Assembly: GCA_964016885.1 (NCBI GenBank)
Contig: OZ024741.1
Span: 250,976,001-251,040,000 of the forward strand
Direction of reading: 5' to 3'
DNA length: 64,000 nucleotides
Origin: Eledone cirrhosa
Taxonomy: Eukaryota
The position numbers and the translations under genes are program-made. The notes beneath the pieces were generated by a model, which worked only from the letters and a program-made list of their open reading frames with translations, had not been told where the DNA came from and did no database searches. Positions within the stretch are counted from its first letter, which is position 1; each line of letters begins with the position of its first letter. Of the stretch, positions 26,001 to 39,600 are shown piece by piece.

Positions 26001-29000
26001 GGGAGATAATTTGTAAAAAAAAATCAGGGGTGATAATATGTAAAAAAAATCAAGGGGAGATAATTTCCAGCCGTCCAAGGGAAGATAATTTCCAGCCCTC
26101 CAAGGGGCTATAATTTCCAGCGTCCAAGGGGGGGTAATTTCCAGCCAGCGAAGGGGAGATAATTTTTTTTAAAAAATCACTGGGAGATTTGTAAAAGAAA
26201 TCAGGGGGAGATAATTTGTAAAAAAAATCAAGGGGAGATAATTTCCAGCCGTCCAAAGAGAGATAATTTCTAGCCGTCCAAGGGGAGATAATTTCCAGCC
26301 AAGGGGAGATAATTTCCAGCCGTCCAAGGGGAGATAATTTTTTTAAATATCAGGTGGAGATAATTTGTAAAAAAAATCAGGGGGAGATAATTTGTAAAAA
26401 CAAAATCAAGGGCAGATAATTTCCAGCCGTCCAAGGGGAGATAATTTCCAGCCGTGCAAGGGGAGATAATTTGTAAAAAAATCAGGGGGAGATAATTTCC
26501 AGCCGTCCAAGGGGAGATAATTTTCAGCCGTCCAAGGAGAGGTAATTTCTAGCCGTCCAAGGGGAGATAATTTCCAGCCGTGCAAGGGGAGATAATTTCC
26601 AGCCAGCCAAGGGGAGATAATTTCCAGCCAGCCAAGGGGAGATAATTTCCACCCGTCCAAGGGGAGATAATTTCCATCCAGCCAAGGGGAAATAATTTTA
26701 AAACAATCAGGCGGAGATAATTTGTAAAAAAAAAAATCAGGGGGAGATAATTTGTAAAAAAAAATCAGGGGGAGCTAATTTGTAAAAAAATATCAGGGGG
26801 AGATAATTTCCAGCCAGCCAAGGGGAGATAATTTCCAGCCAGCCAAGGGGAGATAATTTGTAAAAAAAATCAATGGGAGATAATTTCCAGCCGTCCAAGG
26901 GGAGATAATTTCCAGCCAGCCAACGGGAGATAATTTCCAGCCAGCCAAGGGGAGATATTTGTAAAAAAAATTCAGGGAGAGATAATTTGTAAAAAAAAAA
27001 TCAGGGGTAGATAATTTGTAGAAGAAATCAAGGGGAGATAATTTCCAGCGGTCCAAGGGGAGATAATTTCCATCCAGCCAAGGGGAGATAATTTTTTTTT
27101 AAATATGAGGCGGGGATAATTTGTAAAAAAAAATCAGGGTGAGATAATTAGTAAAAAAATCAAGGGGAGATAATTCCCAGCCGTCCAAGGGGAGATAATT
27201 TCCAGCCCTAAAAGCGGCTATAATTTCCAACCGTCCAAAGGAAGATAATTTCCAGCCAGCGAAGGGGAGATAATTTTTTTTTAAATTAGGGGGAGATTTG
27301 TAAAAAAAATCAGGGGGAGATAATTTGTAAAAAAAATCAAGGGGAAATAATTTCCAGCCGTCCAAGGGGAGATAATTTCCAGCCGTCCAAGGGCAGATAA
27401 TTTCCAGCCGTCCAAGGAGAGATAATTTCCAGCCGTCCAAGGGCAGATAATTTCCAGCCGTCCAAGGAGAGGTAATTTCTAGCCGTCCAAGGGGAGATAA
27501 TTTCCAGGCGTCCAAGGGGAGATAATTTTCCGCCAGCCAAGGGAAGATCATATTTAAAAAAATCAGGCGGAGATAATTTGTAAAAAAAATCAGGGGGAGA
27601 TAATTTGTAAAAAAATCAGGGTGAAATAATTTGTAAAAAAAAACAGGGGGAGATAATTTGTAAAAAAAAATCAGGGGGAGAAAATTTGAAAAAAAAATCA
27701 GGGGTAGCTAATTTGTAAAAAAAAATCAGGGGGAGATAATTTGTAAAAAAAAAATCAGGGGGAGATAATTTGTAAAAAGAATCAAGGGGAGATAATTTCC
27801 AGCCGTCCAAAGAGAGATAATTTCTAGCCGTCCAAGGGGAGATAATTTCCAGCCGTCCAAGGGGAGATAATTTGTAAAAAAAATCAGGGGGAGATAATTT
27901 CCAGCCGTCCAAGGGGAGATAATTTTCAGCCGTCCAAGGAGAGGTAATTTCTAGCCGTCCAAGGGAAGATAATTTCCAGCCGTGCAAGGGGAGATAATTT
28001 CCAGCCGTCCAAGGGGAGATAATTTCCATCCTTCCAAGGGGAGATAATTTCCAGCCGTTCAAGGGGAGATAATTTCTAGCCGTCCAAGGGGAGATAATTT
28101 CCAGCCGTCCAAGGGGAGATAAATTCCAGCCTCCAAGGGGAGATAATTTGTAAAAAAATCAGGGGGAGATAATTTGTAAAAAAAAATCTGGGGGAGATAA
28201 TTTGTAAAAAAAAATCAGGGGTGATAATATGTAAAAAAAATCAAGGGGAGATAATTTCCAGCCGTCCAAGGGAAGATAATTTCCAGCCCTCCAAGGGGCT
28301 ATAATTTCCAGCGTCCAAGGGGGGGTAATTTCCAGCCAGCGAAGGGGAGATAATTTTTTTTTAAAAATCACTGGGAGATTTGTAAAAGAAATCAGGGGGA
28401 GATAATTTGTAAAAAAAATCAAGGGGAGATAATTTCCAGCCGTCCAAAGAGAGATAATTTCTAGCCGTCCAAGGGGAGATAATTTCCAGCCAAGGGGAGA
28501 TAATTTCCAGCCGTCCAAGGGGAGATAATTTTTTTAAATATCAGGTGGAGATAATTTGTAAAAAAAATCAGGGGGAGATAATTTGTAAAAACAAAATCAA
28601 GGGCAGATAATTTCCAGCCGTCCAAGGGGAGATAATTTCCAGCCGTGCAAGGGGAGATAATTTGTAAAAAAATCAGGGGGAGATAATTTCCAGCCGTCCA
28701 AGGGGAGATAATTTTCAGCCGTCCAAGGAGAGGTAATTTCTAGCCGTCCAAGGGGAGATAATTTCCAGCCGTGCAAGGGGAGATAATTTCCAGCCAGCCA
28801 AGGGGAGATAATTTCCAGCCAGCCAAGGGGAGATAATTTCCACCCGTCCAAGGGGAGATAATTTCCATCCAGCCAAGGGGAAATAATTTTAAAACAATCA
28901 GGCGGAGATAATTTGTAAAAAAAAAAATCAGGGGGAGATAATTTGTAAAAAAAAATCAGGGGGAGCTAATTTGTAAAAAAATATCAGGGGGAGATAATTT

Positions 29001-29700
29001 CCAGCCAGCCAAGGGGAGATAATTTCCAGCCAGCCAAGGGGAGATAATTTGTAAAAAAAATCAATGGGAGATAATTTCCAGCCGTCCAAGGGGAGATAAT
29101 TTCCAGCCAGCCAACGGGAGATAATTTCCAGCCAGCCAAGGGGAGATATTTGTAAAAAAAATTCAGGGAGAGATAATTTGTAAAAAAAAAATCAGGGGTA
29201 GATAATTTGTAGAAGAAATCAAGGGGAGATAATTTCCAGCGGTCCAAGGGGAGATAATTTCCATCCAGCCAAGGGGAGATAATTTTTTTTTAAATATGAG
29301 GCGGGGATAATTTGTAAAAAAAAATCAGGGTGAGATAATTAGTAAAAAAATCAAGGGGAGATAATTCCCAGCCGTCCAAGGGGAGATAATTTCCAGCCCT
29401 AAAAGCGGCTATAATTTCCAACCGTCCAAAGGAAGATAATTTCCAGCCAGCGAAGGGGAGATAATTTTTTTTTAAATTAGGGGGAGATTTGTAAAAAAAA
29501 TCAGGGGGAGATAATTTGTAAAAAAAATCAAGGGGAAATAATTTCCAGCCGTCCAAGGGGAGATAATTTCCAGCCGTCCAAGGGCAGATAATTTCCAGCC
29601 GTCCAAGGAGAGATAATTTCCAGCCGTCCAAGGGCAGATAATTTCCAGCCGTCCAAGGAGAGGTAATTTCTAGCCGTCCAAGGGGAGATAATTTCCAGCC
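23030..29700 (+). repeat. Three copies of a ~1.65-kb block, nested in 2,816-bp and 2,191-bp period duplications
   Basis: ORF triplets 23590/26406/28597 and 23977/26793/28984, and pair 25425/27616 (offset 2191). Marker GTAGAAGAAATC at 24202, 27018 and 29209. Confidence 0.9.
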
Positions 29701-30684
29701 TCCAAGGGGAGATAATTTCCAGCCAGCCAAGGGGAGATAATTTGAAAAAAAAATCAGGAGATAATTTGTAAAAAAAAATCAGGAGGAGATAATTTGTAAA
29801 AAAAAATCAGGGGGAGATAATTTGTAAAAAAAAATCAGGGGGAGATAATTTGTAAAAAAAATCAAGGGGAGATAATTTCCAGCCGTCCAAGGGGAGATAA
29901 TTTTCAGCCGTCCAAGGAGAGGTAATTTCTAGCCGTCCAAGGGGAGATAATTTCCAGCCGTCCAAAAGGAGATAATTTCCAGCCGTCCAAGGGGAGATAA
30001 TTTAAAAAAAATCAGGTGGAGATAATTGGTAAAAAAAAAATCAGGGGGAGATAATTTGTAAAAAAAAATCAGGGGGAGATAATTTGTAAAAAAATCAAAG
30101 GGAGATAATTTCCAGCCGTCCAAGGGGAGATAATTTCCAGCCAAGGGGAGATAATTTCCAGCCGTCCAAGGGGAGATAATTTTTTAAAAAATCAGGTGGA
30201 GATAATTTGTAAAAAAAATCAGGGGAAGATAATTTGTAAAATCAAAATCAAGGGCAGATAATTTCCAGCCGTCCAAGGGGAGATAATTTCCAGCAGTGCA
30301 AGGGGAGATAATTTCCAGCCGTCCAAGGGGATATAATTTCCATCCTTCCAAGGGGAGATAATTTCCAGGCGTCCAAGGGGAGATAATTTTCCGCCAGCCA
30401 AGGGAAGATCATATTTAAAAAAATCAGGCGGAGATAATTTGTAAAAAAAATCAGGGGGAGATAATTTGTAAAAAAATCAGGGTGAAATAATTTGTAAAAA
30501 AAAACAGGGGGAGATAATTTGTAAAAAAAAATCAGGGGGAGAAAATTTGAAAAAAAAATCAGGGGTAGCTAATTTGTAAAAAAAAATCAGGGGGAGATAA
30601 TTTGAAAAAAAAAAATCAGGGGGAGATAATTTGTAAAAAAATCAAGGGGAGATAATTTCCAGCCGTCCAAGGGGAGATAATTTT

Positions 30685-33600
30685 CAGCCGTCCAAGGGGA
30701 GATAATTTCCAGCCAGCGAAGAGGAGATAATTTTTTTTTTTAAATCAGGGGTAGATTGGTAAAAAAAAATCACGGGGAGATAATTTGTAAAAAAATCAAG
30801 GGGAGATAATTTCCAGCCGTCGAAGGAGAGATAATTTATAGCCGTCCAAGGGGAGATAATTTCAAGCAAGCCAAAGGAGATAATTTTTTTTAAAAATCAG
30901 GCGGAGATGATTTGTAAAAAAAATCAGGTGGAGATAATTTGTTAAAAAAAATCATGGGGCGATAATTTCCAGACGTCCAAGGGGAGATAATTTCCAGCCG
31001 TCCAAGGGGAGATAATTTTTTTTTTTAAATCAGGGGAGATAATTTGTAAAAAAAATCAGGGGGAGATAATTTGTGAAAAAAATCAGGAGGAGATAATTTG
31101 TAAAAAAAAATCAGGGGCAGCTAATTTAAAAAAATATCAGGGGGAGATAATTTCCAGCCAGCCAAGGGGAGATAATTTGTAAAAAAAATCAATGGGAGAT
31201 AATTTCCAGCCGTCCAAGGGGAGATAATTTCCAGCCGTCCAAGGGGAGATAATTTTAAAAAAATAATCAGGCGGAGATAAGTTGTAAAAAAAAATCAGGG
31301 GGAGATAATTTGTAAAAAAAAATCAGGGGGAGATAATTTGTAAAAAGAATCAAGGGGAAATAATTTCCAGCCGTCCAAAGAGAGATAATTTCTAGCCGTC
31401 CAAGGGGAGATAATTTCCAGCCAAGGGGAGATAATTTCCAGCCGTCCAAGGGGAGATAATTTCCAGCCGTGCAAGGGGAGATAATTTCCAGCCGTCCAAG
31501 GGGAGATAATTTCCATCCTTCCAAAGGGAGATAATTTCCAGCCGTCCAAGGGCAGATAATTTCCCGCCAGCCAAGGGAAGATAATATTTTAAAAAATCAG
31601 GCGGAGATAATTTGTAAAAAAAATCAGGGGGAGATAATTTGTAAAAAAATCAGGGGGAGATAATTTGTAAAAAAAAATCAGGGGGAGATAATTTGTAAAA
31701 AAAAATCAGGGGGAGATAATTTGTAAAAAAAAAATCAGGGGGAGATAATTTGTAAAAAAAAATCAGGCGGAGATAATTTGTAAAAAAAATCAAGGGGAGA
31801 TAATTTCCAGCCGTCCAAGGGGAGATAATTTCCAGCCGTCCAAGGGCAGATAATTTCCAGCCGTCCAAGGAGAGATAATTTCCAGCCGTCCAAGGGCAGA
31901 TAATTTCCAGCCATCCAAGGAGAGGTAATTTCTAGCCGTCCAAGGGGAGATAATTTCCAGCCTCCAAGGGGAGATAATTTCCAGCCAGCCAAGGGGAGAT
32001 AATTTGTAAAAAAAATCAGGAGATAATTTGTAAAAAAAAATCAGGGGGAGATAATTTGTAAAAACAAAATCAAGGGCAGATAATTTCCAGCCGTCCAATG
32101 GGAGATAATTTCCAGCAGTGCAAGGGGAGATAATTTCCAGCCGTCCAAGGGGAGATAATTTCCATCCTTCCAAGGGGAGATAATTTCCAGCCGTCCAAGG
32201 GGAGATAATTTCCCGCCAGCCAAGGGAAGATAATATTTAAAAAAAACAGGCGGAGATAATTTGTAAAAAAAATCAGGGGGAGATAATTTGTAAAAAAATC
32301 GGGGGGAGATAATTTGTAAAAAAAAATCAGGGGGAGATAATTTGTAAAAAAAAATCAGGGGGAGATAATTTGTAAAAAAAAATCAGGGGTAGATAATTTG
32401 TAAAAAAAAATCAGGGGGAGATAATTTGGAAAAAAAATCAAGGGGAGATAATTTCCAGCCGTCCAAGGGGAGATAATTTCCAGCCGTCAAAGGGGAGATA
32501 ATTTTTTAAAAAAATCAGGCGGAGATAATTTGTAAAAAAAAAATCAGGGGGAGATAATTTGTAAAAAAATCAAGGGGAGATAATTTTCAGCCGTCCAAGG
32601 GGAGATAATTTTCAGCCGTCCAAGGAGAGGTAATTTCTAGCCGTTCAAGGGGAGATAATTTCCAGCCGTCCAAGGGGAGATAATTTCCAGCCGTCCAAGC
32701 GGAGATAATTTTAAAAAAAAATCAGGCGGAGCTAATTTGTAAAAAAATAATCAGGTGCAGATAATTTGTAAAAAAAATCAGGGGGAGATAATTTGTATAC
32801 AAAATCAAGGGGAGATAATTTCCAGCCGTCCAAGGCGAGATAATTTCCAGCCGTCCAAGGGGAGATAATTTACAGCTGTCCAAGGAGAGGTAATTTCTAG
32901 GCGTCCAAGGGGAGATAATTTCCAGCCGTCCAAGGGGAGATAATTTCCAGCCAGCCAAGGGGAGATAATTTCCAGCCAGCCAAGGGGAGATATTTGTAAA
33001 AAAAATCAGGGAGAGATAATTTGTAAAAAAAAAATCAGGGGTAGATAATTTGTAGAAGACATAAAGGGGAGATAATTTCCAGCCGTCCAAGGGGAGAAAA
33101 TTTCCATCCAGCCAAGGGGAGATAATTTTTTAAAAAAAATCAGGCGGAGATAATTTGTAAAAAAAAATCAAGGGGAGTTAATTAGTAAAAAAAATCAAGG
33201 GGAGATAATTTCCAGCCGTCCAACGGGAGATAATTTCCAGCCGTCCAAGGGGTGATAATTTCCAGCCGTTCAAGGGGAGATAATTTCCAGCCGTCCAAGG
33301 GGAGATAATTTACGGCCGTCCAAGGGGAGATAAATTCCAGCCTCCAAGGGGAGATAATTTCCAGCCAGCCAAGGGGAGATAATTTGTAAAAAAATCAGGG
33401 GGAGATAATTTGTAAAAAAAAATCAGGGGGAGATGATTTGTAAAAAAAAATCAGGGGGAGATGATTTGTAAAAAAAAATCAGGGGGAGATAATTTGTAAA
33501 AAAATCAAGGGGAGATAATTTCCAGCCGTCCAAGGGGAGATAATTTTCAGCCGTCCAAGGAGAGGTAATTTCTAGCCGTCCAAGGGGAGATAATTTCCAG

Positions 33601-36600
33601 CCGTCCAAGGGGAGATAATTTCCAGCCGTCCAAGGGAAGATAATTTCCAGCCCTCCAAGGGGCTATAATTTCCAGCGTCCAAGGGGAGATAATTTCCAGC
33701 CAGCGAAGGGGAGATAATTTTTTTTTAAAAATCACTGGGAGATTTGTAAAAAAAATCAGGGGGAGATAATTTGTAAAAAAAATCAAGGGGAGATAATTTC
33801 CAGCCGTCCAAAGAGAGATAATTTCTAGCCGTCCAAGGGGAGATAATTTGCAGCCAACGGGAGATAATTTCCAGCCGTCCAAGGGGAGATAATTTTTTCA
33901 AAAATCAGGAGATAATTTGTAAAAAAAATCAGGGGGAGATAATTTGTAAAAACAAAATCAAGGGCAGATAATTTCCAGCCGTCCAAGGGGAGATAATTTC
34001 CAGCCGTGCAAGGGGAGATAATTTGTAAAAAAAATCAGGGGGAGATAATTTCCATCCAGCCAAGGGGAGATAATTTCAAAAAAATCAGGCGGAGATAATT
34101 TGTAAAAAAAAAAATCAGGGGGAGATAATTTGGAAAAAAATATCAGGGGGAGATAATTTGTAAAAAAAATCAAGGGGAGATAATTTCCAGCCGTCCAAGG
34201 GGAGATAATTTCCAGCCAGCGAAGAGGAGATAATTTTTTTTTTTAAATCAGGGGTAGATTGGTAAAAAAAAATCACGGGGAGATAATTTGTAAAAAAATC
34301 AAGGGGAGATAATTTCCAGCCGTCGAAGGAGAGATAATTTATAGCCGTCCAAGGGGAGATAATTTCCAGCAAGCCAAAGGAGATAATTTTTTTTAAAAAT
34401 CAGGCGGAGATGATTTGTAAAAAAAATCAGGTGGAGATAATTTGTTAAAAAAAATCATGGGGCGATAATTTCCAGCCGTCCAAGGGGAGATAATTTCCAG
34501 CCGTCCAAGGGGAGATAATTTTTTTTTTTAAATCAGGGGAGATAATTTGTAAAAAAAATCAGGGGAAGATAATTTGTGAAAAAAATCAGGAGGAGATAAT
34601 TTGTAAAAAAAAATCAGGGGGAGCTAATTTAAAAAAATATCAGGGGGAGATAATTTCCAGCCAGCCAAGGGGAGATAATTTCCAGCCAGCCAAGGGGAGA
34701 TAATTTGTAAAAAAAATCAATGGGAGATAATTTCCAGCCGTCCAAGGGGAGATAATTTCCAGCCGTCCAAGGGGAGATAATTTTTAAAAAATAATCAGGC
34801 GGAGATAAGTTGTAAAAAAAATCAGGGGGAAATAATTTGTAAAAAAAAATCAGGGGGAGATAATTTGTAAAAAGAATCAAGGGGAAATAATTTCCAGCCG
34901 TCCAAAGAGAGATAATTTCTAGCCGTCCAAGGGGAGATAATTTCCAGCCAAGGGGAGATAATTTCCAGCCGTCCAAGGGGAGATAATTTCCAGCCGTGCA
35001 AGGGGAGATAATTTCCAGCCGTCCAAGGGGAGATAATTTCCATCCTTCCAAAGGGAGATAATTTCCAGCCGTCCAAGGGCAGATAATTTCCCGCCAGCCA
35101 AGGGAAGATAATATTTTAAAAAATCAGGCGGAGATAATTTGTAAAAAAAATCAGGGGGAGATAATTTGTAAAAAAATCAGGGGGAGATAATTTGTAAAAT
35201 AAAATCAGGGGGAGATAATTTGTAAAAAAAAAATCAGGGGGAGATAATTTGTAAAAAAAAAATCAGGGGGAGATAATTTGTAAAAAAAATCAGGCGGAGA
35301 TAATTTGTAAAAAAAATCAAGGGGAGATAATTTCCAGCCGTCCAAAGAGAGATAATTTCTAGCCGTCCAAGGGGAGATAATTTCCAGCCAAGGGGAGATA
35401 ATTTCCAGCCGTCCAAGGGGAGATAATTTTTTAAAAAATCAGGTGGAGATAATTTGTAAAAAAAATCAGGGGAACATAATTTGTAAAAACAAAATCAAGG
35501 GCAGATAATTTCCAGCAGTGCAAGGGGAGATAATTTCCAGCAGTGCAAGGGGAGATAATTTCCAGCCGTCCAAGGGGAGATAATTTCCATCCTTCCAAGG
35601 GGAGATAATTTCCAGGCGTCCAAGGGGAGATAATTTCCCGCCAGCCAAGGGAAGATAATATTTAAAAAAATCAGGCGGAGATAATTTGTAAAAAAAATCA
35701 GGGGGAGATAATTTGTAAAAAAATCAGGGGGAAATAATTTGTAAAAAAAAACAGGGGGAGATAATTTGTAAAAAAAAATCAGGGGGAGATAATTTGGAAA
35801 AAAAAATCAGGGGTAGATAATTTGGAAAAAAAAATCAGGGGGAGATAATTTGTAAAAAAAAATCAGGGGGAGATAATTTGTAAAAAAATCAAGGGGAGAT
35901 AATTTCCAGCCGTCCAAGCGGAGATAATTTTCAGCCGTCCAAGGAGAGGTAATTTCTAGCCGTTCAAGGGGAGATAATTTCCAGCCGTCCAAGGGGAGAT
36001 AATTTCCAGCCGTCCAAGGGGAGATAATTTTAAAAAAAAATCAGGCGGAGCTAATTTGTAAAAAAATAATCAGGGGCAGATAATTTGTAAAAAAAAATCA
36101 GGGGGAGATAATTTGTATACAAAATCAAGGGGAGATAATTTCCAACCGTCCAAGGGGAGATAATTTACAGCTGTCCAAGGAGAGGTAATTTCTAGGCGTC
36201 CAAGGGTAGATAATTTCCAGCCGTCCAAGGGGAGATAATTTCCAGCCAGCCAAGGGGAGATAATTTCCAGCCAGCCAAGGGGAGATATTTGTAAAAAAAA
36301 ATCAGGGAGAGATAATTTGTAAAAAAAAAATCAGGGGTAGATAATTTGTAGAAGACATAAAGGTGAGATAATTTCCAGCCGTCCAAGGGGAGAAAATTTA
36401 CATCCAGCCAAGGGGAGATAATTTTTTAAAAAAAATCAGGCGGAGATAATTTGTAAAAAAAAATCAGGGGGAGATAATTTCCAGCCGTCCAAGGGGAGAT
36501 AATTTCCAGCCCTACAAGCAGCTATAATTTCCAGCCGTCCAAAGGGAGATAATTTCCAGCCAGCGAAGGGGAGATAATTTTTTTTTAAATTAGGGGGAGA

Positions 36601-39600
36601 TTTGCAAAAAAAATCAGGGGGAGATAATTTGTAAAAAAAATCAAGGGGAAATAATTTCCAGACGTCCAAGGGGAGATAATTTCCAGCCGTCCAAGGAGAG
36701 ATAATTTCCAGCCGTCCAAGGGGAGATAATTTCCAGCCGTTCAAGGGGAGATGATTTCCAGCCGTCCAAGGAGAGGTAATTTCTAGCCGTCCAAGGGGAG
36801 ATAATTTCCAGCCGTCCAAGGGGAGATAAATTCCAGCCTCCAAAGGGAGATAATTTCCAGCCAGCCAAGGGGAGATAATTTGTAAAAAAATCAGGGGGAG
36901 ATAATTTGTAAAAAAAAATCAGGGGGAGATAATTTGTAAAAAAAATCAGGGGGAGATAATTTGTAAAAAAAAATCAGGGGGAGATAATTTGTAAAAAAAA
37001 TCAAGGGGAGATAATTTCCAGCCGTCCAAGGGGAGATAATTTTCAGCCGTCCAAGGAGAGGTAAGTTCTAGCCGTCCAAGGGGAGATAATTTCCAGCCGT
37101 CCAAGGGTAGATAATTTCCAGCCGTCCAAGGGGAGATAATTTTTTTAAAAAAATCAGGCGGAGATAATTTGTAAAAAAAAAATCAGGGGGAGATAATTTG
37201 TAAAAAAAAATCGGGGAGATAATTTGTAAAAAAAAATCAGGGGGAGATAATATGTAAAAAAAATCAAGGGGAGATAATTTCCAGCCGTCCAAGGGAAGAT
37301 AATTTCCAGCCCTCCAAGGGGCTATAATTTCCAGCGTCCAAGGGGAGATAATTTCCAGCCAGCGAAAGGGAGATAATTTTTTTTAAAAAATCACTGTGAG
37401 ATTTGTAAAAAAAATCAGGGGGAGATAATTTGTAAAAAAAAAATCAGGGGAGATAATTTGTAAAAAAAATCAGGCGGAGATAATTTGTAAAAAAAATCAA
37501 GGGGAGATAATTTTCAGCCGTCCAAGGAGAGGTAATTTCTAGCCGTCCAAGGGGAGATAATTTCCAGCCGTCCAAGGGGAGATAATTTCCAGCCGTCCAA
37601 GGGGAGATAATTTTTTTTAAAAAATCAGGCGGAGATAATTTGTAAAAAAAAAATCAGGGGGAGATAATTTGTAAAAAAAAATCAGGGGGAGATAATTTGT
37701 AAAAAAATCAAGGGGAGATAATTTCCAGCCGTCCAAGGGAAGATAATTTCCAGCCTCCAAGGGGCTATAATTTCCAGCGTCCAAGGGGAGATAATTTCCA
37801 GCCAGCGAAGGGGAGATAATTTTTTTTTAAAAATCACTGGGAGATTTGTAAAAAAAATCAGGGGGAGATAATTTGTAAAAAGAATCAAGGGGAGATAATT
37901 TCCAGCCGTCCAAAGAGAGATAATTTCAAGCCGTGCAAGGGGAGATAATTTCCAGCCGTCCAAGGGGAGATAATTTTTTTAAATATCAGGTGGAGATAAT
38001 TTGTAAAAAAAATCAGGGGGAGATAATTTGTAAAAACAAAATCAAGGGCAGATAATTTCCAGCCGTCCAAGGGGAGATAATTTCCAGCCGTGCAAGGGGA
38101 GATAATTTGTAAAAAAAATCAGGGGGAGATAATTTCCAGCCGTCCAAGGGGAGATAATTTTCAGCCGTCCAAGGAGAGGTAATTTCTAGCCGTCCAAGGG
38201 AAGATAATTTCCAGCCGTGCAAGGGGAGATAATTTCCAGCCGTCCAAGGGGAGATAATTTCCATCCTTCCAAGGGGAGATAATTTCCAGTCGTCCAAGGG
38301 GAGATAATTTCCAGCCGTTCAAGGGGAGATAATTTCTAGCCGTCCAAGGGGAGATAATTTCCAGCCGTCCAAGGGGAGATAAATTCCAGCCTCCAAGGGG
38401 AGATAATTTCCACCCAGCCAAGGGGAGATAATTTGTAAAAAAATCAGGGGGAGATAATTTGTAAAAAAAAATCAGGGGGAGATAATTTGTAAAAAAAATC
38501 AGGGGTGATAATATGTAAAAAAAATCAAGGGGAGATAATTTCCAGCCGTCCAAGGGAAGATAATTTCCAGCCCTCCAAGGGGCTATAATTTCCAGCGTCC
38601 AAGGGGAGGTAATTTCCAGCCAGCGAAGAGGAGATAATTTTTTTTTAAAAATCACTGGGAGATTTGTAAAAAAAATCAGGGGGAGATAATTTGTAAAAAA
38701 AATCAAGGGGAGATAATTTCCAGCCGTCCAAAGAGAGATAATTTCTAGCCGTCCAAGGGGAGATAATTTCCAGCCAAGGGGAGATAATTTCCAGCCGTCC
38801 AAGGGGAGATAATTTTTTTAAATATCAGGTGGAGATAATTTGTAAAAAAAATCAGGGGGAGATAATTTGTAAAAACAAAATCAAGGGCAGATAATTTCCA
38901 GCCGTCCAAGGGGAGATAATTTCCAGCCGTGCAAGGGGAGATAATTTGTAAAAAAAATCAGGGGGAGATAATTTCCAGCCGTCCAAGGGGAAATAATTTT
39001 CAGCCGTCCAAGGAGAGGTAATTTCTAGCCGTCCAAGGGGAGATAATTTCCAGCCGTGCAAGGGGAGATAATTTCCAGCCGTCCAAGGGGAGATAATTTC
39101 CATCCTTCCAAGGGGAGATAATTTCCAGGCGTCCAAGGGGAGATAATTTCCCGCCAGCCAAGGGAAGATAATATTTAAAAAAATCAGGCGGAGATAATTT
39201 GTAAAATAAATCAGGGGGAGATAATTTGTAAAAAAATCAGGGGGAAATAATTTGTAAAAAAAAACAGGGGGAGATAATTTCCAGCCGTCCAAGGGGAGAT
39301 AATTTTCAGCCGTCCAAGGAGAGGTAATTTCTAGCCGTTCAAGGGGAGATAATTTCCAGCCGTCCAAGGGGAGATAATTTCCAGCCGTCCAAGGGGAGAT
39401 AATTTTAAAAAAAAATCAGGCGGAGCTAATTTGTAAAAAAATAATCAGGGGCAGATAATTTGTAAAAAAAAATCAGGGGGAGATAATTTGTATACAAAAT
39501 CAAGGGGAGATAATTTCCAACCGTCCAAGGCGAGATAATTTCCAGCCGTCCAAGGGGAGATAATTTACAGCTGTCCAAGGAGAGGTAATTTCTAGGCGTC